Positions 26,622 through 39,409 of a stretch of DNA of 64,000 bases are shown in pieces (the first letter of the stretch is position 1; every line of letters starts with the position of its first letter). This stretch comes from Malacoraja senta (taxonomy: Eukaryota), in contig CM075997.1 in the NCBI GenBank assembly GCA_038087875.1, positions 3,536,001 through 3,600,000 on the forward strand, given 5' to 3'. A program made the position numbers and the translations under genes. Below the pieces are notes generated by a model. The model saw only the letters and a program-made list of their open reading frames with translations. It was not told the DNA's origin and searched no databases.

Positions 26622-27014
26622 AGGTCTCCTTTTATTGATTACTTAAAGGGTCAGAACAGTTCAGCACAGGAACCTGACTAGCACCTGGGCTAAAGAATGG
26701 ATGAAATGCTATATTTAGAAATGTACGAATATATCTCGAATGAAGGTTTCTATTTTAATAAATTTTTCCATTCTTCTTTAACTATCTTTTTTATTATTTT
26801 TTTATTTTTATTTTTATTTTTTGTTTTTCTTTTCTTTCTTTTCTTTCTTTACTTCATCTTTCTCTTTAGTTCTATTTAGTTTTTAAAAAAAGGCAAAAGG
26901 TATTGGAGACAATGTAATAATAATTGACAAGATTATCAATTTAAAAATGTAAGACTGTAATGATGTAACTAGGTTGTGTACGTATCTCCAATAAAAAAAT
27001 ATTTAAAAAAAAAA
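26622..27014 (+). mobile_element. 5'-truncated poly(A) retro-insertion, probably an L1 3' end
   Basis: 16-bp TSD AGAATATTGAATATCC (26606-26621, 27015-27030), T-rich body, AATAAA and poly(A). Confidence 0.75.
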
Positions 27015-28595
27015 AGAATATTGAATATCCTAAGCATTTGAAATTGCCTGAATTGAGCAAATTTAGATTTGAATATATACATAAACCCTTTGATGTGCCA
27101 GAGTCATAGTCATAGAGCAATACAGGCCCTTCGGCCCAACTCGCCCAACAATGTCCCAAATACTAGTTGGTAGCCTTTTGCTCAAAGTACATTATCAATA
27201 TTACAGAAAATATAATGTTACACTAATGATTTGCTTTCATGTCATCAGTCTACATGATCCCATGATTCTTGATTATGCATTTTTCACAATTGCAAATAAT
27301 TCACAATTAGACACAATACATAGAAATTGGATAGAAGTGATTTGGATCAATGAATCAAGAACTTACTTCCTCTGTTTGTCTTTTACTCTGATCCCCACCC
27401 TCCCTTTTGTACCTAAGCCTGATTTAAGAACTGACCAATGTCTCTTAACAATGACCTGTGAGAGTGTCTTTCTTAATGACTTGCAAAGGTTCCTTTGTCC
27501 ATGGTGCATTTTATAGTTTAGCTGAAGTTTTACAGTGTGAGAATCTTCACATTGTGAGTCTCCCTGGGAAACTTCTTGATTCCGCAGTCTCATCCCCACA
27601 CATTGAATACGAATAGTTGAAGAGCAAGTCAATGTGGTGTTGAAGCACACTTCTTGCAAGGTAATGTGAACACATCCCACTACTTTGAACCTGCATTTGT
27701 TGATCTATAAAGGATGTCTTTTAAGATCAGCAAAGGCATTACAACAAAGCTACATGTACGTGGAACTATGAAAGTTAACTTCTTTTGAAGACCATTTGTA
27801 GGTTTCAGGATTTTATATCTCTGAAGTAAGATTAGCATTTCCCGAGCCCACGGTTATTTATTTGCTGGTTCGTTCCAAGCAAGGTTCCTCCATTGTCTTA
27901 TGTAAGCATGCAGGTTTTGTGTGAGCATTGTTGATGGTTGGTAGTTGGCATTAATCGGTTCTGTTTTCACCTAGCCTTCATGTACTTCGTTACTCTCCAG
28001 CACTGATCATTGGATAAACACAGGCAAAGAATCCTGATTCCATGTCCATTCCCTCTTCCATGGGCTTTAGTATCCAGTCTGGTTGCAGGTCCAAGGCACT
28101 GCCCTGGGTTGATTCCTGCACGTGAAATCCTTTTCCATCACACATTTGTAAAGTGCACTCATCATTATGGTCGAGTGAGAATTTCTTTTGCCCCAAGTCT
28201 CCATGATCAGCATCTCTTCAGCAGCAAAATGTCCAAAACGACATGATACCAGTGCACCTCAATTCTCTTATCTATAGGACACTATTTCATACAGGTTTGT
28301 GCTTGAATTTGTTGTGTTAATCTAACGTTCATGTCATTTGGGACATTTTACTTCTGAAGAGACTATGATTCATTACTGGATCCTGAATTTTAAATCGGTT
28401 TACGCATTATTACAATTCAAACGGACAATCAGGGTATGTGACAAAACTATCAAGGTCACGTAGGAATCAAAATCATGTTGTCCTTCGTTTACATTCTCCG
28501 AGTGTACTTTTTCCCCTTTGTTGCTATTCATTTGATATTAGTAGTGACATGCTATGGCTATAGTTGTTTGCATGGCTCATCAGACAATTCTTTAT

Positions 28596-28727
28596 GAGTC
28601 TGAAGAAGGGTCTCAACCCGAAACGTCACCCATTCCTTCTCTCCAGAGATGCTGCCTGTCCCGCTGAATTACTCCAGCTTTTTGTGTCTATCTTTGGTTT
28701 CAACCAGCATCTGCAGTTCCTTCCTAC
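28596..28727 (+). mobile_element. Short Penelope-derived insertion with hammerhead-like core
   Basis: 12-bp TSD ACAATTCTTTAT (28584-28595, 28728-28739); core at 28600-28627. Confidence 0.85.
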
Positions 28728-28999
28728 ACAATTCTTTATCAGGGCAATTAAGGGGATGCCCACTTAGATGAGGTATCGGACTGGTGATGACACCATTAAA
28801 CAGTATTCCAGCATGGACCAGAATCTTCATGGCACAGCACATAACCAAGAATTATTGCCTTCAGACTGAGAAATATGTCAGCTTTGATTTGGTAAAGGTT
28901 ATAAACATGCTATTTTTGTTGTGGTTCCAGTTATCAGTTTATGTGCATGATGATACAAGAAGTGTATGAGGCTATTGATATTTGTAAATCATTCCTTCT

Positions 29000-31125
29000 A
29001 ACTGGTAGAAAAACAATGTTGATATTACAAAAGGATAGTATCATAAATGTTTAAAGGAAACATTTCTGTTCTTCACCCAAGGATATTGAATTGTTGGACC
29101 TTTCCACCCAAGAAGACTCAATTGCTGAATATATCCAAAACATAGCCATAATGTAGGAAATCTACCCATGGATATTAGAACATGACAAAATAGAGGAGGG
29201 ATTAAAAATTTGAATGCACCCCCCACCACAAGAGTTTTGAATATCTACGTAAAGTGTGTTAGCTGACACAAGCCTCCATTTGACACATTAAGCTCTCCAC
29301 ATTAAAAACAAAGGGAATGCTTCTTCAAGAACGTGCTAAGTACCTTTCATCACAGTCTTACCACTAGCTACAAGGTGGGAATTTGTGTTCCCACAAACCC
29401 AGTGTTAAGTTCCCAGACTCGGTGGCAAATTATTTTACAGATGGTTTTAGATACTGCTGCTCTTGGAGTGACTGATCCAACATCACTGAGACACAATATT
29501 ATAATTGGTTCCCCTCAAGCAAAAATCAATGGGTTGAAACTTGCCTTTGTGATTATTGTGGAAGAAAACCAATGGTGAGTTCCTCACTGTGGTTCAGCAC
29601 ATTGCTGACTTCTGTGCCCCTGCATTGCACAGTAGAAATCAGGAATCTAACCTCCAGCTCTGCTGCTCAAATGCTGTGTACATGGCTCAGCACTTGTGCC
29701 GTGCTGTGCTGGAACTTACCTTGAAGCTCATGAGTTTCGAGCCCACGTGACAATGACACAAAAGTTGAGGCTCATTTATACAAGCAAGGCAATTTAACGT
29801 TTTATAACAACCTAGCTCATATAAATTGCATCTTTATGAAATCATGAGTTGAAATGAATTACTTAATAAATCATGGATTTGTGATGAGGTTTATTTTCTT
29901 GGTCACATGTTATAGTGGTGACTCAAAGTTAAAATCAAGAATAAATCTTTTGAATGGTCTATAGTGCAAATTAAATTCAAAATATTGCAATATACCTATG
30001 AATGGTGTCTGAAGAAGGATCTCAACCCAAAACGTCACCCATTCCTTCACTCCAGAGATGCTGCCTGTCCTGTTGAGTTACTCCAGCATTTTGTGTCTAT
30101 CTTTGCAATATACCACATCTATCTGGCAATGTAAAATGCTGCATTTGGCACCCTGTTGCATTTGTGAAGATTATGTTCACATTTTGAGATGGAATATCTG
30201 TCAATTGAAACCTTTCGTAAATATGGTATGATACGGGTTGCTGTGCAAGGGAAAATATCTAAAACTATCTGTAAAATAATTTGCCACCGAGTCTGGGAAC
30301 TTAACACTGGGTTTGTGGGAACACAAATTCCCACCTTGTAGCTATTGGTAAGACTGTGATGAAAGGTACTTAGCACTTTCTTGAAGAAGCATTCCCTTTG
30401 TTTTTAATGTGGAGAGCTTAATGTGTCAAATGGAGGCTTGTGTCAGCTAACACACTTTACGTAGATATTCAAAACACTTGTGGGGGGGGGGGGGGCATTC
30501 AAATTTTTCATCCCTCCTCTATTTTGTCATGTTCTAATATCCATGGATAGATTTCCTACATTATGACTATAGAAACATAGAAAATAGGTGCAGGAGTAGG
30601 CCATTCGGCCCTTCGAGCCTGCACCGCCATTCAATATGATCATGGCTGATCATCCAACTCAGTATCCTGTACCTGCCTTCTCTCCATACCCCCTGATCCC
30701 TTTAGCCACAAGGGCCACATCTAACTCCCTCTTAAATATAGCCAATGAACTGGCCTCAACTTCCTTCTGTGGCAGAGAATTCCAGAGATTCACCACTCTC
30801 TGTGTGAAAAATGTTTTTCTCATCTCGGTCCTAAAAGAGTTCCCCCTTATCCTTAAACTGTGACCCCTTGTTCTGGACTTCCCCAACATCGGGAACAATC
30901 TTCCTGCATCTAGCCTGTCCAATCCCTTAAGAATTTTGTAAGTTTCTATAAGATCCCCCCTCAATCTTCTAAATTCTAGCGAGTTGGATATGTTTTGGAT
31001 ATATTCAGCGATTGAGTCTTCTTGGGTGGAAAGGTCCAACAATTATGGGTGAAGAACAGAAATGTTTCCTTTAAACATTTATGATACTATCCTTTTGTAA
31101 TATCAACATTGTTTTTCTACCAGTT
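29000..31125. repeat. Long inverted repeat: arms 29000-29453 and 30256-31125 (right arm split by a CR1)
   Basis: Arms are near-identical reverse complements; mirrored ORFs 29333(+) and 30376(-), both MLSTFHHSLT.. Confidence 0.92.
30571..30988 (-). mobile_element. Young CR1 3' end inserted in the right arm of the inverted repeat
   Basis: SLEFRRLRGDLIETYKILKGLDRLDAGRLFP..FFTQRVVNLWNSLP; absent from the left arm; TAT on both sides. Confidence 0.9.
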
Positions 31126-31544
31126 TGTTAATTAACCAAGAGAATAATTCAGTTGCTTTTAAATACAAATCTCAACACTATTATCATTTAGGTTAGACAA
31201 AACAGCTGCATATTTTACATACTTACCCGACCAAATTATTTATTTTCTTTTAATATCTCTCAGTATCTTAAAAAGTAGAACAAATTGAATTCTGCTTTAG
31301 TCCACATCAGCAAAGTGATAACAGTGAAAATCAAAAAACTAGATATGCTGGAAATGTGAGATAAAATCAGAAAATGCTGGAAATACCCAGCAGGTCAGGA
31401 TACAAATGATGCTGCCTGACATACTGACTGTTTACGGGGAACGTGAGAGAAGAGGTTTGTCAACTTTGCCACAATGTGGCGCTTACCAATAACATATTGT
31501 GGATGATAATTCCAAAAATTCACAATCATACAAGAGCAGTAAAT

Positions 31545-31875
31545 AATGGAGCAGCATCTCATATTTCGCTTGGGCAATGGTATGAATATTGATTTCTCTC
31601 ACTTCAGGTAGCCCCGGCATTCCCTCTCTCTCTCTATCCCTCCCCCACCCAAGTCACATTAGCTTCTCATTTTCACCCTACAAATAGCTTACTATGGCCT
31701 GTTTCCTTTATCATCATTACTTTTTTGCATATCTTTCATTCATTATTCTTTATCTCTCTACATCATCGTCTATATCTCTTGTCTGTGCCTTAATTGATAC
31801 GTGACAATTAAATTGAATCTTGAATCCCTAACCAGTCTGAAGAAGGGTCTCGACCCGAAACGTCACCCATTTCTT
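31545..31875 (+). mobile_element. Penelope 3' fragment
   Basis: EQHLIFRLG..GMNIDFS remnant and 3' repeat. Confidence 0.75.
31834..31867 (+). ncRNA. Minimal type I hammerhead ribozyme motif (representative intact core)
   Basis: CUGAAGA(31837-43)-A-GGGUC-UC-GACCC-GAAA-CGUC; palindromic ACGU stem III; stem I very short; activity untested. Confidence 0.65.
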
Positions 31876-32984
31876 CTTTTTAATCCAAACATCCAATCCC
31901 CAAAAGAGCACACAGTTGGGGCATGAACACACATTTTCACCCTGATGAATTTCCAGGAATTATTACATTTATTTTGGCAGTGATTGAACATGGATTAGTG
32001 TTTTCTGAACGTTTTAACCACAGCAATTGTCATTCTATCTCATTGGCTGGAATGATTAAGGAAAGTTCAACAATGCATCTGTGCTGAATTAAAGATGAAA
32101 ATTACTGTGAAGAATTGTTGCCAAAATGGTTCAACACACTCATTTTTGGGAAAGCACTTTCAGGCTATTAGTGCCCTAATTCCACTCTATGCATGGAACA
32201 ACATCTCAATCATTTATCTGCATCTGGCAATGGGATGAATGCTGCTGCATTTTTGATAATTACACTACCTCAATCACATGACAGTTATTTGTTTCTTGAT
32301 TTAGAAAATGACACCATTTGCAATCAATAGAAGCAATTGGAGGCAATATGGTTGTTCAAACTCTTTTTGCCGTTCAGCTAAATCTTACATTGGTTCAATT
32401 TTCTAACCACATCATCAACTTTCCTGCCATATCCCCACATGCATTCATTCCCTTAATGTCCTCAAAGATCTTTAAATCTGTCTGAAATGTAAGTTATGAT
32501 TTTCCAGGTAATAATTGAGTAAGCATGTCTCTATAGTAGAGAATTTCAACATCTTGCATCCAGGAAAAAAATCATCATATCTCATTCCTAACTGGCTAAC
32601 TTCATATCTAGATAATATGACAGTTCCAGACTTGCCAGCTGGGGATAAATGCCACTCAGTATCTACCTTGTTAATCTTCAGGATTGTTGCATGTTTCAAT
32701 GAGATCATGACAAAAATGACAGGCTATTTCTTCTTAATTCTCATAAGACAAAAGCCTGATTCTTGGAATCAAACTGGTAAGTAGTTACCTGCATTTAAGG
32801 AAAGTATATTTTTTAAATTGAAGAACAAAACTATACACAACGTTCCCGATGTAGTCTTCTAATTCGGGTCGAGACCCATTCAGTCTGAAGAACGGTCGAG
32901 ACCTGAAACGTCATCTATTCCTTCTATTCAGAGATGCTGTCTGTCCCGCTGAGTTACTCCAGCATTTTGTGTCTATCTTCAGTC

Positions 32985-34228
32985 CCAACCTCTATAAGTC
33001 AATACCTGACTGATGAAGGCCAGCGTCCCAAAAGCCACTTACGATACGATATGATGCGATGAATCTTTATTCATCCCCGGAGGGAAATTGGTCTGCCGAC
33101 AGTCACAACACACAAGGTACACAAAAACTTGAAATTAAAAGTGAAAACAAAAAGAAGACAAACGACTGTTGTCTGGCTGCTGTGTACACAGCGCCTTCAC
33201 CGGAACAAATGAACAAACAAACAAACACAGACTTATCCCCTGGGCAGAGGATTCTAAACTAGAGTGCCCCCCACTCCAGGACCCCTTTGTTCTCCCACCA
33301 TCCCTCACGGTGATCCCCTAATGCTGGGTCCCCCATTGTTATTCATGGCGGTCCACCCTACGCTGGGTCCCCATTGTCTTACCCCCCCCCATGCTCAATG
33401 ACCGCGAGGCCCCACCGCCACCGAGGCCCAAGCAGGTGGCGAGGCTCCCGCTGCCTCCGCCGAGTCTCCCGCTGCCACCGCCGCCGAGGCTCCCATCGCC
33501 ACCACCGCTGTGGCTCCTTTGACCTCGCTGCCCGGCTTCTCCGTAGTCCCCTGTGCCTGTGGAGCGAGTCAGCCCTACCGGGGCGCGTCCTGGTCTTCGG
33601 TCGTCATTCTGGTTGGCGGCGGCGCGGTTCTTTGGCGGGTAGTTCAGGCCTGCGTGGCTCCCCGGAACACTTCACCACCTCTCTATCTGTGACACCACTT
33701 TCACGGATCTATGATTTGTTCTCTTCGGACCTTCTGCTCCAGACCTACTATTCACCTTGAGGGTCCTACTCTGATTTAACTTCCCAAAATGCAGCATGTA
33801 CACTAATCTGAAATAAGTCTTATTTTCCATTCCTCAGCCCATTTGCTAAGCGGATTCTGCTGTAATTTTTGATTAGCATCTTCACCATCTATGATACCAT
33901 CTATTTTAGTATCATCTGCCATCTTACTAATCACGCCTTGTGCATGCTCATCTAAATCGTTGATGTAGATGACAAACGTCAATGGACCGAGCACTGAGGC
34001 ACATCACTAGTCACCGGCCTCCAGTCTGAAAACTGACATTCCTCCGCTACCCTCTGCTTCTTTCTGTGAAGCCAATTCTCTATCCAGTTAGCTAGCTCTC
34101 CCTGGATGCCATGCGATCTAGCCTTCTGGAGCAGCTGCCATGCAGAACCGTATCAAGGCTTTGCTGATGATAATGACGTCCATGTACCTGCCCTCATCAA
34201 CCTTCTTGGTTACTTCTTCAAAAAAAAT
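32985..34228 (-). mobile_element. CR1 relic interrupted by an insertion at 33041-33667
   Basis: Minus ORF LGPLTFVIYINDLDE..ISKMADDTKI (RT FADD-like motif). Confidence 0.8.
33041..33667 (-). mobile_element. Unclassified GC-rich retroposon with internal ~21-bp tandem repeats and a Rex1-like tail
   Basis: CACTT direct repeats (33036-40, 33668-72); minus-strand 3' end AATTTCCCTCCGGGGATGAATAAA then (ATCGT)n-like tail. Confidence 0.65.
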
Positions 34229-34857
34229 CATAGCAATGTTCAATGGTTCAATGGTACTTTAATGCCATATGTACTGAGGTACAGCGAAATTATTTTTGCT
34301 GCAGTTCAGTACAAGTATTATCTTATACTAAGCATATCTTATGAACAGTACAAGTGTATAGAAATACTACACTGAGACAGATGACAAGAGTTGCCAGATT
34401 TGGGATTTGGCACCATTTTCAAGTCCCAGTTGTGGTATAGCACAGCAAGTAATAGTAAAGCAAGCTATATTATTAATAACTAAATCTACCTGAATGATAA
34501 AATATTTCTGAACAAATTTAAATCTTGACACATTTGCTGATAAAACAATGGTTCAAACAGTATTAACATTTTGTGAGTCAAAATCTTCCCAAGCCTTGTG
34601 TTTTGACTTAAGAAACGCTGCAAACACTCAAAACAGCCAACATCTATGGAAAGAGAAACAGTTATTATTTCCGATCCAGCACCTTTCATTAGAACTGGGT
34701 AATTACCTTTTTCTAGATTACTGTGGAGAATTCAACCTAGATGTCCACTGATGGCAACAGGACTCGTGTAAGTATGCTTGGATTACTTCTATAATGACCT
34801 GATGCAATGTTGCTGCTTACTTTCAGCATTTCATTCTCTCATAACTACATCTATTTA

Positions 34858-35137
34858 TTTAGTTTAGTTTAGAGATACAACATGGAAACGGGCCCCTCGG
34901 CCCACCGAGTCCGCGCCAACCAATCCCCGCACATTAAAACTATCCTAAAAATACTAGGGACAATTTACAATTACACCAAGGGAATTAACCTACAAACCTG
35001 TATGCCTTTGGAGTGTGGGAGTAAACCCACGCAGGTCACAGGGAGAACGTAAAAACTCTACAGATAGCACCCAGAGTCAGGATCGAACCAGGGTCTCTGA
35101 CGCTGTAAGGCAGCAAATGTACCGCTGCGCCACCGTG
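34858..35137 (-). mobile_element. V-SINE (HE1-like), near full length
   Basis: A box TGGCGCAGCGG, B box GGTTCGATCC, (TAAAC)n tail. Confidence 0.88.
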
Positions 35138-36033
35138 CATTTCTCACCAGTTGCTCACGTGAATAAATGTTTTCATTAATGTATTATTCAAAAACCTGTC
35201 AAAAACCAGTGTCATCTCAGAACAAGTTAGGGGAGATAGACCAGTGAATAATGCTACTGATCACCTTAAAGAAAGAAGGACCTGTATTTTTGTTGTGCTT
35301 TTCAAAGCAACCCGTAAACATACAGACAAGGAGTCATTTTGAATTGTTGACACTGTTCTGATGTAGGTATGATGACTAATTTGCCTGCAATCCCAATCTC
35401 AGTAATGAGATTGTAAGCAATTTTAATGATGGTAGTTAAAAGATACATTTTGGGCAGTTTATTTGAGGGAACTTTGTGCTCTTTAACTAGCCCTATGATA
35501 TATTGTTGTCAGGGAAAAGATTTATGAATGCTTTTTCTTGCGGCTATACAGATCCGATAAGGTTTATCATTTGATGTGCAGCAGTCTGTCGGCCTAGAAT
35601 TTGTGCTTGTTTGACCTAAACAAGCTCCTATCTCCAAAGCAAGAGTATTATCTATTTAACTACAGTGGACACCTTTACTGTCCATATCAGTGATGGGGAA
35701 GCCAGTATCTGGTGAGGTTCTCCATTTGAAACCTAAAAGATGAACTTGTCCTGCCAGCTAATATCGTCTTGGCTGTGTTTCCTCAGACTCTGTTTTCCTG
35801 ACCTAGCCCTTTGATCTTCTAATTGTCCAAAATCTTGTTCAAAAATTGTGTATTGATTCAACGACCAGAGCCATTTTAGATTTGTGAATTCCAAAGATTT
35901 GAAACCTGTGACTGAAGAGATTTCTTTCATCTCAGTTTTGACTCATTTATTTCTACTCTCTTTTTAACTGTCCACCAATTAGTCCAAGATTCACACCAGT
36001 AAAACCTCCTAAACCCGTGATCTCTAATCTTTA

Positions 36034-36409
36034 GATAGACACAAAATGCTGGAGTAACTCAGCGGCATAGGCAGCATCTCTGGAGAGAAGGAATGGGTGA
36101 TGTTTCGGGTCGAGACCCTTCTACAGTCTGAAATCTCGATCCGAAACGTCATCCATTCCTTCTCTCCAGAGATGCTGCTTGCCCCACTGAGTTACTCCAG
36201 CATTTTGTGTCTACCTAAAGATTAGAGATCACGGATTTAGGAGAATTTTATGGATGACGTTTCAGGTCGAGACACTTCTTCAGACTGAAGAAGGGTCTCG
36301 ACCCGAAACGTCACTCATTCCTTCCCTCCAGAGATGCTGCTTGTCCCGCTGAGTTACTCCTTTGTGTCTACCTTCGATTTAAACCAGCATCTGCAGTTCT
36401 TTCCTACAC
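36034..36409. mobile_element. Compound Penelope-derived insertion containing an inverted copy of its left flank
   Basis: 14-bp TSD ATCTCTAATCTTTA (36020-33, 36410-23); 36216-36250 is the reverse complement of 36000-36033; intact hammerhead core at 36285-36312. Confidence 0.85.
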
Positions 36410-37576
36410 ATCTCTAATCTTTATCTTTACTGAATAAATGCTTTCAAAAAACGCTAAAGATATTACACCCATGGCCCTTTATCTACCCCGCTGACCAAAC
36501 CTTTATAAATATTAGTAGATTTACCAAACACCATTCCCTTGCGTAAGCCTACACTGACTATGACTGATCATATGATTTTTTTTCAGTTGCCACACCAATA
36601 GATTTGAGCATTTTCCTGCTACCTATGGCCCCCCATTGTCTATTATAAGAGTTCCATTTGTTGTCTTTTAATTCACAGGTTTAAAAATCCAATGGGTTGC
36701 AGGGAATGAAAACTAATATTTCACTATTTTTGCAACACTTCGTATGTCAAGTCAGTTACTCACTCTGGGAGAGCCATGATTTCCCATATTTCTGATATAT
36801 TTCTCTTTTCTGGGATGAGGACGTGAAGTTTTTTTCTAATAATTTTACTGTTATCTAACTGCCTATATCATTTCTTATCTCTGCCTCTGAGGTACTAACT
36901 TTTCTTGATCATGACTACTTTTAGTGTTTGGCTTTTAACATACAGGAGTCAGCTGCTGATGGTTTGATGACTGCCTAACACATGAAGCATGCAAACCAGA
37001 AGGAGCTGTTTAATTCTTGTCCGTGCTGCTATAATCGCTCATTTTATCCACTGCTATAGACAGACCATTACAATTGGTCCGTGGCTTGAGGGAGGTACTG
37101 ATAAAATCAGCTCATGCTCTCGCCCCCTAATTGTTATTCGGTGTTTGCTCCTGTTTCACCGGTGGGCAAAGGCAGGATTGGGCTTGGCAATCATGCCCAC
37201 AAATAGCCCGTGGGCAGTCAATGTTTAAAACAAAGAACATCCACTTGTATGAGTAGCTTGTAAACCCAGCGAGAGCCAAAGCCTTTAGGATAGAATGGGT
37301 TTAGGGAATAAATATGTGGATTGACTTCTACTGCCTGCTGCTAATAAAATCTCGGCCTAGCAGCAGACCTGACTCCAGCTACAGTGTGGGTGTTGACTGT
37401 GATTTGGGGACCAGCTGCTTCGCCAACCATTGACAGATGTATTTGAATATTCATATGTTTGGAGATTAATTTCTATCTTAATTGGGAGAATGGGATTGTG
37501 GTGTAGCGTGCTCTCAACCTGCTGATAAACAGCCTGCATAAACTGATCACTTTTTTTCCTCTTTCTTTCTCCGCAG

Positions 37577-37598
37577 ATTCCAGATGAATTTGATAATG
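37577..37598 (+). CDS. Candidate 22-nt coding micro-exon (IPDEFDN+G) of an unidentified host gene
   Basis: Branch-like CTGAT at ~37543, polypyrimidine tract 37550-37572, CAG acceptor, G|GTGAGT donor, unique flanks. Confidence 0.7.
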
Positions 37599-37959
37599 GT
37601 GAGTAAAATCAATTTGGAATTGTTTGCACTACTCGGTATTGGCGTGTGGAAGCAAGTTTTCTAAGTGGCACAATCTGGACAAAATGGCCTCTATTATTTA
37701 ATAAATACTCAAAATGTTATTTCTGATCACAGATGGTCCTCTATACTGAAGTGGGATTTATGTACGATAGAAATTGCCTCTCCTTCTGTCGTACATTTAA
37801 AATTCTAAACTTTTCAAAATGAACAGTTTGCAGGACATAGCTACATCCGAGGAATATCAAGTAAAAAGTGCTTTGTGAGCTTGGGAGAGAATGTGGCCAT
37901 ATGTTTGAACCTTCTGAAGTTTGTAGTCGGCAGGGCAGTACTCTGCTTATCGCCAACTT

Positions 37960-38168
37960 GGACAATTTAACATTTTATCTAGCCAATTAATCAAGCCAAT
38001 TAACCTACAAACCTGTAGGTCTTTGGAGTGTGGGAGGAAACCGAAGATCTCGGAGAGAACGTACAAACCCCATACAGACAGCACCCGTAGTCGGGATCGA
38101 ACCCGGGTCTCTGGCGCTGCATTTTGCTGTAAGGCAGCAGCTCTACCGCTGTGCCACCGTGACTGCCC
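37960..38168 (-). mobile_element. V-SINE (HE1-like), lacking tail
   Basis: Head GGCACAGCGGTAGAGCTG..GGTTCGATCC. Confidence 0.8.
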
Positions 38169-39409
38169 GGTGAAGTTTCTGTTCCCTGTAACTTGATAGA
38201 TATTATTCCCAATGTGGCAGACTACTCCACTGCTGTTCTTAGTCACAGTGTGGCCGGCCTTCCTTCCGCGCCATGGGGACCAACCAAACTTTCCATGTGT
38301 CGCATTTGGATTGAGAACTAAACTTTCAAAGTTGTTGGTAGGCATGGCTTCGGAGGACAACATTGTACATAACGGAGCTTACCGATCTGCAATTGAACTT
38401 TTGAAGTTGTAGTTCCCTCTGAGAAAGCTAGCTTAGTTATGCGATGGAGTGGTCAAATTTAATACTGAAGCATGTTATCCCTGATTTTAACTGACCGGTA
38501 ACATTAGCTTTAGCTCCCATACGCTGAAGGGAAATATGATGAGGGTTCACATTCTTTATCACTATGCACAAATTCTGTGTGTTTGTTTATTAATTTGTGG
38601 GATGTGGAGTTTACAGGCAATGCATTCCTAATTGATCTTAAGAAGGTAGTGAAGATATTACCACAATGTTTTGAAATTCTAGGATGCAACCCAGCTGAAA
38701 TATATGGTGATATATTTCGAAGCCAGAGTGGTTGGCAAATTGCATGGGAGCCTGCAAACAGTAGCAATCCAAATGCCTACTGTGTTTGTCCTTCTTGGTT
38801 GTAGTGGTTACTTCCGCAATTGATGTGATTAGAGTAGCCTTAATGAGTTACTGCAGTGTATCAGTGATGGAGTGAATGTGATGGATGGGATACCAACTAG
38901 GCAGTCTGTCCAAGATTGACAGTTGTTGAGCTTCTTGAATCTTATTGGAGTTGCACTCCTCCAGGCAAGTGGATAATATTCCATTACACTTGTGACATGA
39001 ATATTGTGAAGGCTTTGTGAAAAGTTCGTATATTATTCATCTGCTCTTGCAGCCACAGAAGCTCAGTTAAATTTTCTTTTAGTAGAGATCATCCCAGTAC
39101 AATAAGAAACTAAGCAATAGAAATATTGTAAAATGTCAAGGAGAGCATTTAGATTTTTTCTTGTTGGGAGATGCTCTTTGGCTGGTATTTACATGGTGCA
39201 AATCTTGTGTAGTTGGACATTGGATAATTCTAATGAAGACTAAATTAGCTTGGCTGTGTAGGTCTATCTACATCAAATACAATGCAATATTTATTTTCAA
39301 AGCATGCTTGCCAAAAAAGTTATTTTGCCAGAACACTAGATCATATTCATTGGGCATCTGTGATGTCCTCTTCCTTTAGTATATCTTAGATGTCCACTTT
39401 CTTTATTAA

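Noticed and set aside
33010..33035. CTGATGA as another hammerhead core
   Set aside because: It is part of antisense CR1 coding sequence, with no stem II or GAAA partner.
33374..33760. 128-aa Arg-rich ORF and CpG island as a gene or promoter
   Set aside because: It arises from the GC-rich tandem repeats of an inserted retroposon.
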